NCBI GenBank assembly: GCA_964016885.1
Contig: OZ024741.1
Location: 59,210,001 to 59,274,000, forward strand
Source of the DNA: Eledone cirrhosa
Lineage: Eukaryota
Direction of reading: 5' to 3'
DNA length: 64,000 nucleotides
Shown here: positions 44,145 to 56,739 of the stretch, one piece after another
How positions within the stretch are numbered: the stretch's first letter is position 1
Layout of the letters: each line of letters begins with the position of its first letter
Position numbers and translations under genes: made by a program
The notes under the pieces: model-generated
Database searches by the model: none
The model's input: the letters and a program-made list of their open reading frames with translations, nothing else
What the model was told of the DNA's origin: nothing

Positions 44145-44189
44145 TTAATCTGTTATTTTAATAAATATATATATATACATATATATATG

Positions 44190-44360
<171 letters not shown>

Positions 44361-44450
44361 GAAGGAAATGTGGTAAGGAACCAGGTGGACCATAACGCAC
44401 CAAAGTACTCAATACTTAGGGTAGTAGAGTGGGTAATAGGAACGAGTAGG

Positions 44451-44546
44451 ACCCCGACGGCTGAGCTCAAGCCGTTTCAACGGCTAATTCTGGACTAAAT
44501 AAAAATTTTATCCTGGTATTTGAATAGCCGAGCTTCTCAAGGGGGT
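44451..44546 (-). ncRNA. Hammerhead motif with U3-A8 core in the inverted pseudo-LTR
   Basis: Minus strand: accccc-TTGAGAA-gctcggcta...tagccgtt-GAAA-cggcttgagctcagccg-TC-ggggt. Confidence 0.7.
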
Positions 44547-44963
44547 AATTCCATATGGTAAAAGTGATTGTCACAAGGATTGGTCAAAAGTTTGTTGTTG
44601 AGACATGATAATTCTATCATGGTAATTTGTGGAGGGAAGGGGTAGCTGAACCTGCCAGTAGAAGAAAGAGGGAGAGGGGTGGAGAGAACCCAGTCGTGCG
44701 TTGATAGTGCCAGCTACAGCTGGGCATGAGGTCAAAGAATATACTAGGTGGGGGAGGAAGTCGAAACAATAAGTAAAACGATATGGGGTAAATATATAGA
44801 GAAATACCGAGTGTTAAAAAACAATTAAATGTAAAAAAAAACAATTTCTGGTTACTATAACCTAAGGACAGCTATCAAGTCTCTCACTGGTACTGCTAGA
44901 TTAAAGAAAGATTTACTAGGTGGGACGGAATTATAATGAGACCCTTTTAAGAGGTATAAGTAA

Positions 44964-46679
44964 ACAACCGAAGATAGACAACAAATTACCTCCAGCCTCG
45001 GGGTCGCCGTCCGCACGGAACCCCTGGACCCACGGACACCCTACTCCACACTGAAGGACCACAAATCCGATTTCGACCGTAAACCTTCTATCAGGCTTAT
45101 AAACCCAACGAAGTCCGACATAGGGAGAATCAGCAAAAAAATCCTAGACCGCATTATACCAAAAGTTAAGCAACACGCCAAACTTAGCCTATGGGTCAAC
45201 ACCCAGGAAGTAATCTCATGGTTCAGCAATATGGAGGAAAAACGAGACACTAAATTCATCCAGTTTGACATAGAGAGTTACTATGCTTCAATTACTTTGC
45301 CGCTACTTACGGCTGCCTTGGACTTCGCCGAAACACTTGTGCCCATCACCGACCAGGAAAGAAACATCATCCTCCACGCCAGGAAGACAGTCTTACTCTT
45401 CGACAACTCCAAATGGATAAAGAGAGCTCCCGACTCACCCTTCGACGTCAGCATGGGCGCGACGGATTCGGCTGAGGTCACAGATCTTATAGGATTATTT
45501 CTAATAGCCAAACTCACCGATATGTTTCCTGCATTCGGCGGTGGATTGTACCGTGATGATGGGCTCCTTACCCTTAAAGGGTACAACCCCAGTAGTACAT
45601 ATCGGGTCCGTAAACAATTAATCAGCTTCTTCCGCGACTGGGGATTTAAAATAACCCTACAAACGTACCTGACCCGAGTAAACTTCCTGGACGTTACCCT
45701 TGACCTCGATAATGATCTGTACGACCCATACAGGAAACCTAACGACAACCTGCACTACATCCACCGCCGGTCAAACCATCCTAGGAACATCACCAATAAC
45801 CTGGTTAAAAACATCTCCCTCCGCATATCTCGTTTGTCAGCTAATGAGCAGATATTCGAGGAACATGCGCCTTATTACAACCAGGCCCTCAAGCGGAGTG
45901 GTTTCCGGGAGGAAATATCCTACTGTCCAGCTTCCATTAGCGGAACCAGCAGGCGACACCGCCGCTCACGCAACGTAACATGGTTCAATCCTCCCCACAA
46001 CGCCGAGGTGACAACTCCTATCGGGAAAATCTTCTTTAGGCTCATTGAAAAACACTTCCCACTACAACACCGCTACCACAACATAATTAACAAAAATACC
46101 ATCAAACTCTCCTACAGCACCACACCAAACTTTGCACAAAACATAGTCTCCTCTAACAACAAAAAACTCAACCCCTATGGAAGAAATAACCTAAATAGCA
46201 GTGGAGAGCCGACCAGGAGTTGCAACTGTCCTGATGGATCCATTTGCCCCTTCGACAACAGATGCAGAGATCGTAATGTGATCTACCAGTGCAACGTGAG
46301 GACAGACACCACCAACAAAGCTTATATAGGATTAACCTCATGTGACTTCAAGACCCGGCTATACCAACACAGACATACCTTCCGAAACCCGGCCCGGCGT
46401 GACGCCACTACACTTTCGGGCCACATATGGGACCTCAAGGATAACAATATTACCTATGATCTCACTTGGCGCTTACTGTTCAGAGCCAACTCTTACACGG
46501 GAGGACGCCGTCCGTGCAATTTATGCTCGGAGGAAACTTTACAAATGCTGTTTTCGACGGACCAACTCCTAAACAAGAAAGATGAACTGGTAACTGCATG
46601 TAAACACAGATTGCGTAGGACTTACCTCGCCCTCAAACCCCATAATGTCCCGGGGGGGGGGGGTAGACTAGGGCTTTAA
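44964..46679 (+). CDS. Penelope-like RT plus C-terminal GIY-YIG endonuclease (Naiad-type); frame is open upstream of the annotated ATG at 45231
   Basis: TLKDHK..RLINPTKSDIG.ISK, FDIESYY, GLYRDDGL, FLDV, WFNPP, CNC..CP..C linker, VIYQ...YIG, FKTRLYQH, CNLC..E, LN...CKH. Confidence 0.92.
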   Translation, partial: TTEDRQQITSSLGVAVRTEPLDPRTPYSTLKDHKSDFDRKPSIRLINPTKSDIGRISKKILDRIIPKVKQHAKLSLWVNTQEVISWFSNMEEKRDTKFIQFDIESYYASITLPLLTAALDFAETLVPITDQERNIILHARKTVLLFDNSKWIKRAPDSPFDVSMGATDSAEVTDLIGLFLIAKLTDMFPAFGGGLYRDDGLLTLKGYNPSSTYRVRKQLISFFRDWGFKITLQTYLTRVNFLDVTLDLDNDLYDPYRKPNDNLHYIHRRSNHPRNITNNLVKNISLRISRLSANEQIFEEHAPYYNQALKRSGFREEISYCPASISGTSRRHRRSRNVTWFNPPHNAEVTTPIGKIFFRLIEKHFPLQHRYHNIINKNTIKLSYSTTPNFAQNIVSSNNKKLNPYGRNNLNSSGEPTRSCNCPDGSICPFDNRCRDRNVIYQCNVRTDTTNKAYIGLTSCDFKTRLYQHRHTFRNPARRDATTLSGHIWDLKDNNITYDLTWRLLFRANSYTGGRRPCNLCSEETLQMLFSTDQLLNKKDELVTACKHRLRRTYLALKPHNVPGGGGRLGL

Positions 46680-47802
46680 CACCCCACTTGCCGATTTTGT
46701 AATGGGTAACCCCTGCTTGCAAAGGTAGACCTAAGATCTTCTTTTATATCTTTTTATCACTTCCTCTATATTTCTTTCTTCCCCCATCCCTCCCTAGTCC
46801 TTCCACCCCAGTCCTCTTTCTTTGTCGTCTCCCTTTTACTTTCTCGCCCACCCGAGGCAGCCCCTCGGTCCTTTGTAGCCTCAGTACCCCCACCCCTTCC
46901 CCTATTCTATGATAGATTTGGCCGACGCCGCTTTGTATAGCAGATGTGTTAGACCCCGGATACTTGCCTTCTTATCCGATGGCTGCCCCTTTTCCGTGCT
47001 TTCTATATTCCTTAATGGTATCTTTGCTTTAATTTCTCGTATATCAGTATTTTTTTTTGGGGGGGGGGATTCTGAATTAATTTTCCGTATCAAATTTTAC
47101 ATTTACTTCGTACGAGCATTTATGTAGTTTGCACTAGAATTTTGTATCGTGGCGACACCCTTAGAGATAGTATTAGTTTTCTTTTTCGGGATTCTGAATT
47201 ATTATTTCGTATTAGTTTTTTGTTTTTTTTTAGCATTGGGTGGTTGCTGGCCTTGTGCCTGGGGTAGAAACCTTTATTTCGTACTGGTCTCGGGACTCTG
47301 AAATATTATTTCGTGGTAGTTTCATTAGTATTTTAGCCCCCCACTTGTTGACCCGTCACCGTAAGATATATTCGGTTGTTTACTTATACCTCTTAAAGGG
47401 TCTCATTTTAATTCCGTCCCACCTAGTAAACCTTTCTTTAGTCTAGCAGTACCAGTGAGAGATTTGATAGCTGTCCTTAGGTTATAGTAACCAGAAATTG
47501 TTTTGTTTTTTTACATTTAATTGTTTTTTAACACTCTCGGTATTTCTCAATATATTTACACCATATCGTTTTACTTATTGTTTCGACTCCCCCCCCCCCT
47601 AGTATCTTCTTTGACCTCATGCCCAACTGTAGCTGGCACTATCAACGCACGACTGGGTTCCCTCCACCCCCTCTCCCTCTTTCTTCTACTGGCAGGTTCA
47701 GCTACCCCTTCCCTCCACAAATTGCCATGATAGAATTATCATGACTCAACAACATACTTTTGACCAATCCTTGTGACAATCACTTTTACCATATATGGAA
47801 TT

Positions 47803-47897
47803 ACCCCCTGAGAAGCTCGGCTATTCAAATACCAGGATAAAATTTTTATTTAGTTCAGAATTAGCCGTCGAAACGGCTTGAGCTCAGCCGTCGGGGT
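47803..47897 (+). ncRNA. Hammerhead motif in the 3' pseudo-LTR of the Naiad-type element
   Basis: acccc-CTGAGAA-gctcggcta...tagccgtc-GAAA-cggcttgagctcagccg-TC-ggggt; one T shorter than the left copy, giving a C3/A8 mismatch. Confidence 0.65.
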
Positions 47898-47922
47898 CCT
47901 ACTCGTTCATATATATATATAC

Positions 47923-48015
<93 letters not shown>

Positions 48016-48024
48016 TATATATAT

Positions 48025-48089
<65 letters not shown>

Positions 48090-48099
48090 TATATATATG

Positions 48100-48136
<37 letters not shown>

Positions 48137-48137
48137 G

Positions 48138-48864
48138 TATGAAATATAAGAATCAAAGAACTGTTCAAAACATTATTGTGCTTACAGCTGTTTCCTCCAA
48201 ACCGAGGTTTAGATTCTTCGGAGCAATTTATTAATGAATGGGCAGTTATATGACCTCCTTTTCAGCCAAGAGACATACCGATACATATGCAAATATTGTG
48301 GGTCAACATTCATTACAGCATTTAGAGTGGCAGTACACACTTCGAGATTACATTCATAATAAAAGGTACAATCAAAAATCAAAAATACAGGTTAAAATAC
48401 AACATTAACCGCTTATCTTCATGTTGTATTTTAACCTGTATTTTTGATTTTTGATTGTACCTTTTATTATAAATGTAATCTCGAAGTGTGTACTGCCACT
48501 CTAAATGCTGTAATGAATGTTGACCCACAATATTTGCATATGTATCGGTATGTCTCTTGGCTGAAAAGGAGGTCATATAACTGCCCATTCATTAATAAAT
48601 TGCTCCGAAGAATCCAAACCTCGGTTTGGAGGAAACAGCTGTAAGCACAATAATGTTTTGAACAGTTCTTTGATTCTTATATTTCATATAACTGCTCTGT
48701 AAATCATCTGATGTTTTTACATTGAGCTACTTAACTTACTGGTAATAAGCTAGTAATACATTACTGCCTACCACTATTTAGGGTTTGTATAAAAAATACA
48801 TATAACTGCTAAAGGTTTTTGTATTTTCATAACCATAAATAGTACAATTAATACTATATATATG

Positions 48865-48917
<53 letters not shown>

Positions 48918-48940
48918 GTATATATATGTATATATATATA

Positions 48941-49033
<93 letters not shown>

Positions 49034-49282
49034 TTAATTGTACTATTTATGGTTATGAAAATACAAAAACCTTTAGCAGTTATATGTATTTTTATACAAA
49101 CCCTAAATAGTGGTAGGCAGTAATGTATTACTAGCTTATTACCAGTAAGTTAAGTAGCTCAATGTAAAAACATCAGATGATTTACAGAGCAGTTATATGA
49201 AATATAAGAATCAAAGAACTGTTCAAAACATTATTGTGCTTACAGCTGTTTCCTCCAAACCGAGGTTTGGATTCTTCGGAGC

Positions 49283-49283
<1 letters not shown>
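48138..49283. repeat. Double fold-back (zig-zag) palindrome of a hammerhead-bearing pseudo-LTR-like module
   Basis: Arms 48138-48405 / 48421-48688 (15 nt loop) and 48601-48855 / 49030-49283 ((TA)n spacer), nearly identical. Confidence 0.92.
48601..48647 (+). ncRNA. Minimal type I hammerhead (U4>C variant); inverted copies at 48179-48225 and 49237-49283
   Basis: tgct-CCGAAGA-a tccaaacc tc ggtttgga g-GAAA-cagctg(palindrome)-TA-agca. Confidence 0.7.
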
Positions 49284-49380
<97 letters not shown>

Positions 49381-49714
49381 ATATATATATGTGTTTATAT
49401 ATATATGTGTGTATATATATATACACATATATATATATGTATATATATATATATACATATATATATACACATATAAGTATGTACACGTACATACACATAT
49501 GTATACAGACGTACAGTAGTATGTATATATGTATACATATATGCACACATATATATATATGTACGTATGGATTCACCGAACATTTATTATAATGCTCGGT
49601 GTGTTTGTAACTATTGTGTAACCACTTCTACCTAACTCGTCCCATGGACTGAGTGCTCTACCACTACGGATATTACCTTCCTGTGTTCTACCACTATATA
49701 TATATATATGTGTA

Positions 49715-49903
49715 TAATTTGATTCGCAATCGTGAAGTAGTGAGTTTGATTCCTGGGCCGCTCGATGCGTTATGTCCTTGAGCAAGACACTTTTTTTCAC
49801 GTTGCTCCTTCTGCCTGGAGTTTCGACCAATAGATAGTATTAGCAATTGGAAAGACCGGCGGAGGCGTTGTTTCCTCGGTCCGACTTGACGAAAGTCGAT
49901 CGA
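49715..49903 (+). mobile_element. tRNA-derived SINE subfamily with tail 'gacgaaagtcgatcg'
   Basis: 'gagtttgattcctgg...gtccttgagcaagacactt'; inverted homolog at 51645-51860. Confidence 0.75.
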
Positions 49904-49959
49904 CTGACACATATGTATGTATGGGGCACAGGCATACAAACACACACACGCAGTACCAC

Positions 49960-50922
49960 CAGACATACTAATAATAGAAAATTATCACCAAACTCAAATA
50001 AATTACGTTGTAGGAAGTATGTCTGGTATAATCCCATTGTTAATGCTTCGATTAGTACAAAACTATCTCTTTTATTCTTTTAGTTAATTAACAAGCATTT
50101 CCCTAATTCTCATAAATACAGTAACATTCTAAACTTTAAGACTATTAAGCTATCATACTCCACTGCACCATAACGTAATATCAACCTCCCAACCACCAAA
50201 TGAGAGTCGAGTACTACACAACCCACCTGAACTGTTATCCCAACCTATCCATGGTACAGTTGTTACCCATAACAAAAACTGTAATTGCCACCTACCCGAG
50301 AGGTGCCCATTGAAGAATAAATACCTGGAGTCCAACATTGTTTAACAATGCACTGTCGAATCAAACGACCAGAAATGGTATTACATCGGGTCTACCACTA
50401 CCTCATTTAAATCACGCTGGTATCTTCATCAATTTTCAATTAAACATCCTGAACACCGTTATGTAACTACACTCGCTAATAAGACCTGGCACCTCCGTGA
50501 ATACAACCGGCAGTTCACCCTAAAATGGGATAAATTATTCAGCGCTAGTGCATATCTGAGTGGATTAAAATACTGCAGATTATGCAACCTTGAACTTTTT
50601 TATATCTTGAAATCTAAAAACAATTTACTAAATGACAGAATCGAACGATCGTTATACTGCAACCACAAACTGAAGGCTAAATTTTCTCACTATAAAAGTA
50701 ACTTAACATAATTTGAACCCGAGACTACTACACCACTTTCTCGCTAACTAATTTAACTCATTACTTACTTCCTAACTATATTCCCCCCCACACTACTAAC
50801 CAGTACCTTGCTTATCGTAATAAATGGATACTTAAGTACGATCAGCAAACTACAACTATCAACTCGGTGTATATCGCCTTTTCTTCTCCTTCTCTTAACT
50901 TTTTCTGTCCCCCCCCCCTCTC

Positions 50923-50964
<42 letters not shown>

Positions 50965-51620
50965 TCTCTCTCTCTCTCTTTCTTTCTCTCTCTCCCTCAT
51001 TCTCTACATCTATTAACCTGCTCTCTGTAGCAATAAATAATTCCAAACTTGACAATATCAACACAATGCCTAAGTTGTCACTTTGAGAGTAAGCAGTATA
51101 ATAAAACCACTTGTTGGACCCCTATCAGAACATTTAGATTAAGCTATCTGTATTCTTCAAACCACTCTCTCCCATTTCTCCTACCCCTACATCTCTCTCT
51201 CTCCCTTTCTTTCTATCTTCCTTTTCTACTCTATCTTCCCCAATTACCCCCTTTAAGAAATACAAAGAAACCATAATCCAGCCATTCGTTCTGAAGAATT
51301 GGTGGTACGAACAGCATTTGAAAATTGAGTATCTGCAAATAAATAACTACCAATTTGCATATAGCATGACTAGGGTCTGTAACTACTAAAGAAACATTTG
51401 TAAACACTTGGAATAAATTACCTTTTTATGATGTCTACCTGTTTTATTAATCCTTCTTTATCTACACTCCGAAATATAGAAGAATCGGAAACCAAGTTTC
51501 TTTAACTGTTCTTTCATAACTCGTTGAGTAACCCCTCACCGTACGTCGACTCTATCTAGTATAGTAATTAACCATTACTGCATTCAGGATAATCCTAAGC
51601 ATTTCTTGCATAACCTAATA
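49960..51620 (+). mobile_element. Decayed Naiad-type PLE 3' half (GIY-YIG frame to about 50711, then 3' UTR)
   Basis: VWYNP...LINKHFP..KTIKLSYS; CNC..CPL; YYIGST..FKSRW; CRLC.LE; LLN...CNH; contains in-frame stops. Confidence 0.85.
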
Positions 51621-51644
51621 TATATATATATATATAGATAGGAA

Positions 51645-51855
51645 CGATCGACTTTCGTCAAATCGGACCGAGGAACAATGTTTCCGTTGGTCTTTCCAAT
51701 TGCTAATACTATCTATCGGTCGCAACTTCCAGGTAGAAGGAGCAACGTGAAATAAAGTGTCTTGCTCAAGGACATAACGCATCACCTGGTCCAGGAATCG
51801 AACTCACAACCTTACGATTGTGAATCCAATTCTCTAACCACTCAGCCACACGCCT

Positions 51856-51860
<5 letters not shown>
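51645..51860 (-). mobile_element. tRNA-derived SINE (same subfamily as 49715-49903), near full-length
   Basis: Minus-strand head 'gtgaaggcgtgtggctgagtggttag...gagttcgattcctgg'. Confidence 0.8.
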
Positions 51861-51896
<36 letters not shown>

Positions 51897-51955
51897 CTCA
51901 GTATGCAGGTAGGAGCACTCAACGAAATACGCAGGTTGGTTTGTTTACTCCGGAG

Positions 51956-52766
51956 TAAAATAATATGTATAAGTCAAACATGTTAAAGTTGGCTTCTTTT
52001 ATTCTAATTTGCTGTCATATATATTTCAGTGACAGCAGTCATTATTGGCTGTGACCTCATCAGGCAGTAAGAATTAATGTAGAAAACATAGGAAAACATG
52101 GTGTTGTAATGTGTTCTACCCTGTTAATTCATCGATATGTCCAGCTCCTGGGTGTGTTGTTAGTCCTCAAAGGAACTGGAATCATATGAGCAAGAACAAA
52201 CGAATTTTAGCGTCAGAGGACACGCTCCAACCTCATTGGTCAGCTATCATACCACTCCCCAGCCAAAAGTCTATTGAAATTCTTCAGAAACAGGTCAACC
52301 TATTATAGTTGCTTTCATCAGTATGTTCAAGTCCGGCTGACCTACTTTACCGTAGTGGTAGTGGTGTTAGCAGGTCAGCCAGCAAGTCAACCATGGTAGG
52401 CTGCTGTTATGAGAGGAAGAATTTATTTCTGTAGATTGGTATCTCCCTTGCCACTACGTCTTATAATAGGGGATACCAAACAAAAAAGTGCAGGTGGGAG
52501 CGTGTCCTCTGACGCTAAAATTCGTTTGTTCTTGCTCATATGATTCCAGTTCCTTTGAGGACTAACAACACAACCAGGAGCTAGACATATTGATGAATTA
52601 ACAGGGTAGAACACATTACAACACCATGTTTACCTGATTTTTCTACATTAATTCTTACTGCCTGATGAGGTCACAGCCAATAATGGCTGTCACTGAAATA
52701 TATATAGCAGCGAATTAGAATAAAAGAAATCAACTTTAACATGTTTGACTTATACGTATTATTTTA
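51956..52766. repeat. Inverted pseudo-LTR-like pair (arms 51956-52228 and 52497-52766) with hammerheads and no ORF
   Basis: About 270 bp arms, moderately diverged, ~270 bp spacer, (TA)n nearby on both sides. Confidence 0.88.
52650..52716 (+). ncRNA. Type I hammerhead ribozyme, canonical core; decayed inverted copy at 52006-52075
   Basis: ctgc-CTGATGA-ggtcacagcca ataa tggctgtcact-GAAA-tatata-TA-gcag, with extended aattc/gaatt pairing. Confidence 0.85.
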
Positions 52767-52841
52767 TTTTATATATATATATATATTTATAATGGGATAA
52801 TTAAGCGAGATAAAAAATGTTGCCTTCTTATAATAATAAAT

Positions 52842-52923
52842 ATCCCGACGAATGATTCGCCTTACAAAAAACAATTTTGGATAAGATATCAAAAATTGGG
52901 AAAATATAGTCTCCTCAGAGGAT
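52842..52923 (-). ncRNA. Decayed hammerhead motif
   Basis: Minus strand: atcct-CTGAGGA-gactata...tgtaaggc-GAAT-cattcg-TC-gggat. Confidence 0.4.
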
Positions 52924-54049
52924 GTTCTCTGCACTGTATATATGTAACACAGAAGACCCACCTTCCCATATGCATATCTTGTATGCAATTCATTCCACTC
53001 ACCCTTCCATACACCCCCATGTCCTAACATTCCACTCATGACCTAACAACCCGCCCTTCATCCATCTCCCTACACTGCCACCAATCATCATCATCACCAT
53101 CATCATCATTTTACATCCGCTTTTCCCTGCTTGCAAGGGTTGGACCAATATATATATATACAGTGGGCTTCTGCACAGTTTCTGTCTATCAAATTTCTCT
53201 CATGTTGCAATGGCAAACCTAAGGCAGCTATGACAAAAGATTCATGTTTAATGTGTGGAGCAGTGGAATTGAGCCCCCAAACCCTGAATGGTGGGGTTAT
53301 GAAGCGAACTTCCTAACCACACAGCCATGCCTGCTTATCATAGAAATATTTATTCATAAATTCTATTGTGTTGATGACAATGATGAATTATATTTATCTG
53401 AATAGTTGCTTAGAGCTACTTAATGTCCTTACTGCTGACAAGCACAATGTCATTGACAGCTAACACACAGATGACTTCTCAATTTCGCTATTTCAGAATT
53501 GATAACTTTTATATAGCAGCTTCGACATCTCTATCTATGTTCGATAGTCGATATACTCTTCTGCAAATGAACAAATCACACGTGAATATAAAATATAGAT
53601 GACATCAAAGTCTGAATTGTTACAACAGATTATAAGTTGATAACAATCAATTCTCTTAACTGAAGGTTCACCACTTCTTATGCTTCTCAAACAAAGCTTA
53701 AATAGTAATTACTGTGTTTATCTTGTAGCAGAGCATGTAATGAAACAATAGGCTTCTGTTGTTGGTACAGATGATGGGTGTTCCAGTTGTTCAAATAACA
53801 GGACAGCCATTCTTGGGACACCACCTTGGAAGGTCTTAGTTTATCATATTTCCTCAAGTCTGGTACTTATTTTATTGATCTCTGTTTGTCAAATAGCTTT
53901 ACTCAATATATATTTCACTCAATACATTTGATATCAACATTTTAATAACCATCCAGTCAATAATATGGCTGTGTATGTATGTATATATGTGTGTGTGTGT
54001 GTGTGTGTGTGCAGCACTTGCGGAAATTGTGGGATTTTATTGCAGTTAT

Positions 54050-54200
54050 GGAGGTGGTGAATTGGCAGAGTCATTAAAATGTCAGTTAGTTAAACTTTGC
54101 TGTATTTCTTCTGGCTGAGTTCAAATCCTGCAGAGGTCAACTTTGTCTTTCACACTTCTGAGGTTGATAAAGAAATGTACCAGTCTAGTTCTAGGGTCAA
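54050..54200 (+). mobile_element. SINE family 1, decayed
   Basis: 'gagttcaaatcctgcagaggtcaactttgtctttca...gaggttgataaa...gtaccag'. Confidence 0.65.
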
Positions 54201-54799
54201 TTCTTCCTCTATATGTCTTTCTTACTTCTGTGTTCAGACCTTGAGAGGAGATGGACTTCACTAGGTTTTTAAAAAAATGCCCAAGAAATACTGAATGTCA
54301 ATATGGCACCCTATGACTCCATCAGGAGTTACAGGTTCATACATACATACATTCATTACAAATATAAGAGTGATGGCAGATGGCCATTCTTTTGTACTTG
54401 TACAGGTTGGACAAATGAAGGCTTCGTGTGGTGTTAAGGAATTGAGAGTACAAGACTGTTCCTGGACAAGATGCTAGCATATCACAGGGCTAACCCCAGT
54501 TGCTGCTGCTACTCATTCTTAGTTGAGTGAGCTAGAATAGCATGAAAAGAGTCTTCTTCAAGAACATAAAATCCCACTTGGTTTGGAAATCAAACTCATG
54601 GCCATATGTTTGTGAACCCTAACCACTTGGCCATGTACCTTCACAATATGGTTACTCTTTCCACAGATTAATCCCATTCAGATGTACTTTTAATGATGTT
54701 AAAAGTACATCAGAAGAAAACCAGAGAAAGAAATGGTAGCAAAAATAAATAAATGTTGAAGATTTTAATTTCTAAATGGCTGCAAATATAACGTTGAGA

Positions 54800-56060
54800 T
54801 ACTAAACAACAACAACGATAGAGATATCAACATCACCATTAACAACAACAACAACAACGATAGAGATATCAACATCACCATTAACAACAACAACGATAGA
54901 GATATCAACATCACCATTAACAACAACAACAACGATAGAGATATCAACATCACCATTAACAACAACAACAACGATAGAGATATCAACATCACCATTCACA
55001 ACAACAACAATAGAGACATCATCATCATCATTATCAATAACCACAACAGCAATAGAAACATCATCATCAGTAACAACAACAACGATAGACATCATCACCA
55101 TCATCATCAGTGACCACAACAACAATAGAAACATCATCATCATTAACAGTAACAACAACAACAACATAGTCACCACTACCACCACCACTTGTACCACAAA
55201 CATCATTATCAACACCACCAACAACAACACTACTGCCACTATAACTACCAATAACAACATGTACTACCAACAACAACACTACCACCAGCACCACCACCAC
55301 AACAACACCACTAACAACAACTACAACACTACTACCAGCACCATCACAACAACACCACTACTACCAGCACCACCATCAATCATCACCAACAATAACAACA
55401 CTACCACCAGCACCACCACCACCACAACAACACCACTAACAACTACAACACTACTACCAGCACCACCACCACCACAACACCACTAACAACAACTACAATA
55501 CTATTACCAGCACCACCACCAATCATCACCAACAACAACAACAACAACACTACCATCACCACAACAACAACAACACCACTAACAACAACAACATCACTAC
55601 CACTACCAATCATCACCACAACAACACTAACACCACCAACAGCAATAACAATCACAACACCAACATCAACAGTAGCACCACCACAACAACACTTCTACCA
55701 GAACATCACCAACAACAACAACCACAATAACAACCACAACAGCAATACCTCCACCAACAACAACACTAACAATAACACCACCAACATCAATAACAACCAC
55801 AACGCCACCACCACCAACAACAACAATAACAATCACAACATCAACATCACCATCACAACAACAACATAACTACCAACACCAACAACAATAACAACCATAA
55901 TAACACCAACAATAACAACCACAACACCATCGTGAACATCAACACCACCACCACAACAACAACACTACTACCAGCTCCATCACTAACAACAACAATATCA
56001 ACCACAATAATACCAACAATCACAACACCACCACCACTACTACTTCTACTATCGATACAA
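54800..56060. repeat. Minisatellite ((aac)n-gatagagatatcaacatcaccatt x5) grading into (CAA/CAC)n low complexity
   Basis: Direct sequence; explains the poly-V/L/T ORFs. Confidence 0.9.
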
Positions 56061-56401
56061 CAGGAGTTAGTTTAAGAACACTGTGTCTGAAAAGACGTTA
56101 ATTTCTGTTTTTATTGGCTCTGTTTAAATATATAATCACTTTATAAAGACTGTGAAACGGAGACAAATCAAATAGTCTTCTTACGTATTGTTGTTTTGTA
56201 AAATAGTTGTAGTTAAGATTAATTTTATTGATTTTTTTTTAGTGTCTTTGATGAAAGACTGGGGTGAAATCAGGATGTTCTGAGTAACATTAATGTATTG
56301 ATAGAACATAGAATTGCAGGCATGTGGTTGAGTGGTTAAGGTGTTGGATGATCGATTTCTTAGCCAAGTGGTTTCATTGTATTCTTGAGTAAAACACTTA
56401 A

Positions 56402-56622
56402 CCCTTTAGCATTTACATTATTCTATATTTACTATTGTATTTTCACAGTGAAAGCTTTATCTTACATAATTGTCTTGTATAATATTGAATCTATGAGATT
56501 TTGATGTTATTTATTTTGAGAACAATACCTTAATGTAGGTATGAGCAGCCAGTTACAGCTGGTTTGAACAGAAAGAGATGAGTGAGTTCTGGCCAGATAT
56601 GGGCGGTTTAAAGGCTAAAGGG
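56402..56622. mobile_element. piggyBac-type MITE adjoining a family-2 SINE head (56320-56400)
   Basis: TTAA-CCCTTTAGC...GCTAAAGGG-TCAA; inverted homolog of 16843-17062. Confidence 0.8.
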
Positions 56623-56739
56623 TCAATCATGAACCGTCATCATGTTCAAAGTGGAATGTTGTACACTCAGTCACTTAACATCACTGAAACTAGGATCAAC
56701 ACTAACCTGATGAACCTCAGTGCTTGAAACAGACTTTAA

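Noticed and set aside
44964-47370. Selenocysteine recoding or SECIS, as reported for some Naiad elements
   Set aside because: No in-frame TGA in this ORF and no SECIS recognised
51285-51385. CTGAAGA plus a long stem downstream of the decayed Naiad ORF
   Set aside because: No GAAA and no helix I partner; at best a dead hammerhead
49715-51860. Inverted repeats flanking the Naiad fragment as if they were its terminal repeats
   Set aside because: They are two diverged copies of a tRNA-derived SINE; independent insertion is simpler
51770-51860. tRNA gene
   Set aside because: The A/B-box head runs into a SINE body and tail; no complete cloverleaf
54765-55655. Repetitive poly-V/L/T ORFs suggesting a mucin or membrane protein
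   Set aside because: Trinucleotide and minisatellite low complexity with frequent stops in adjacent frames
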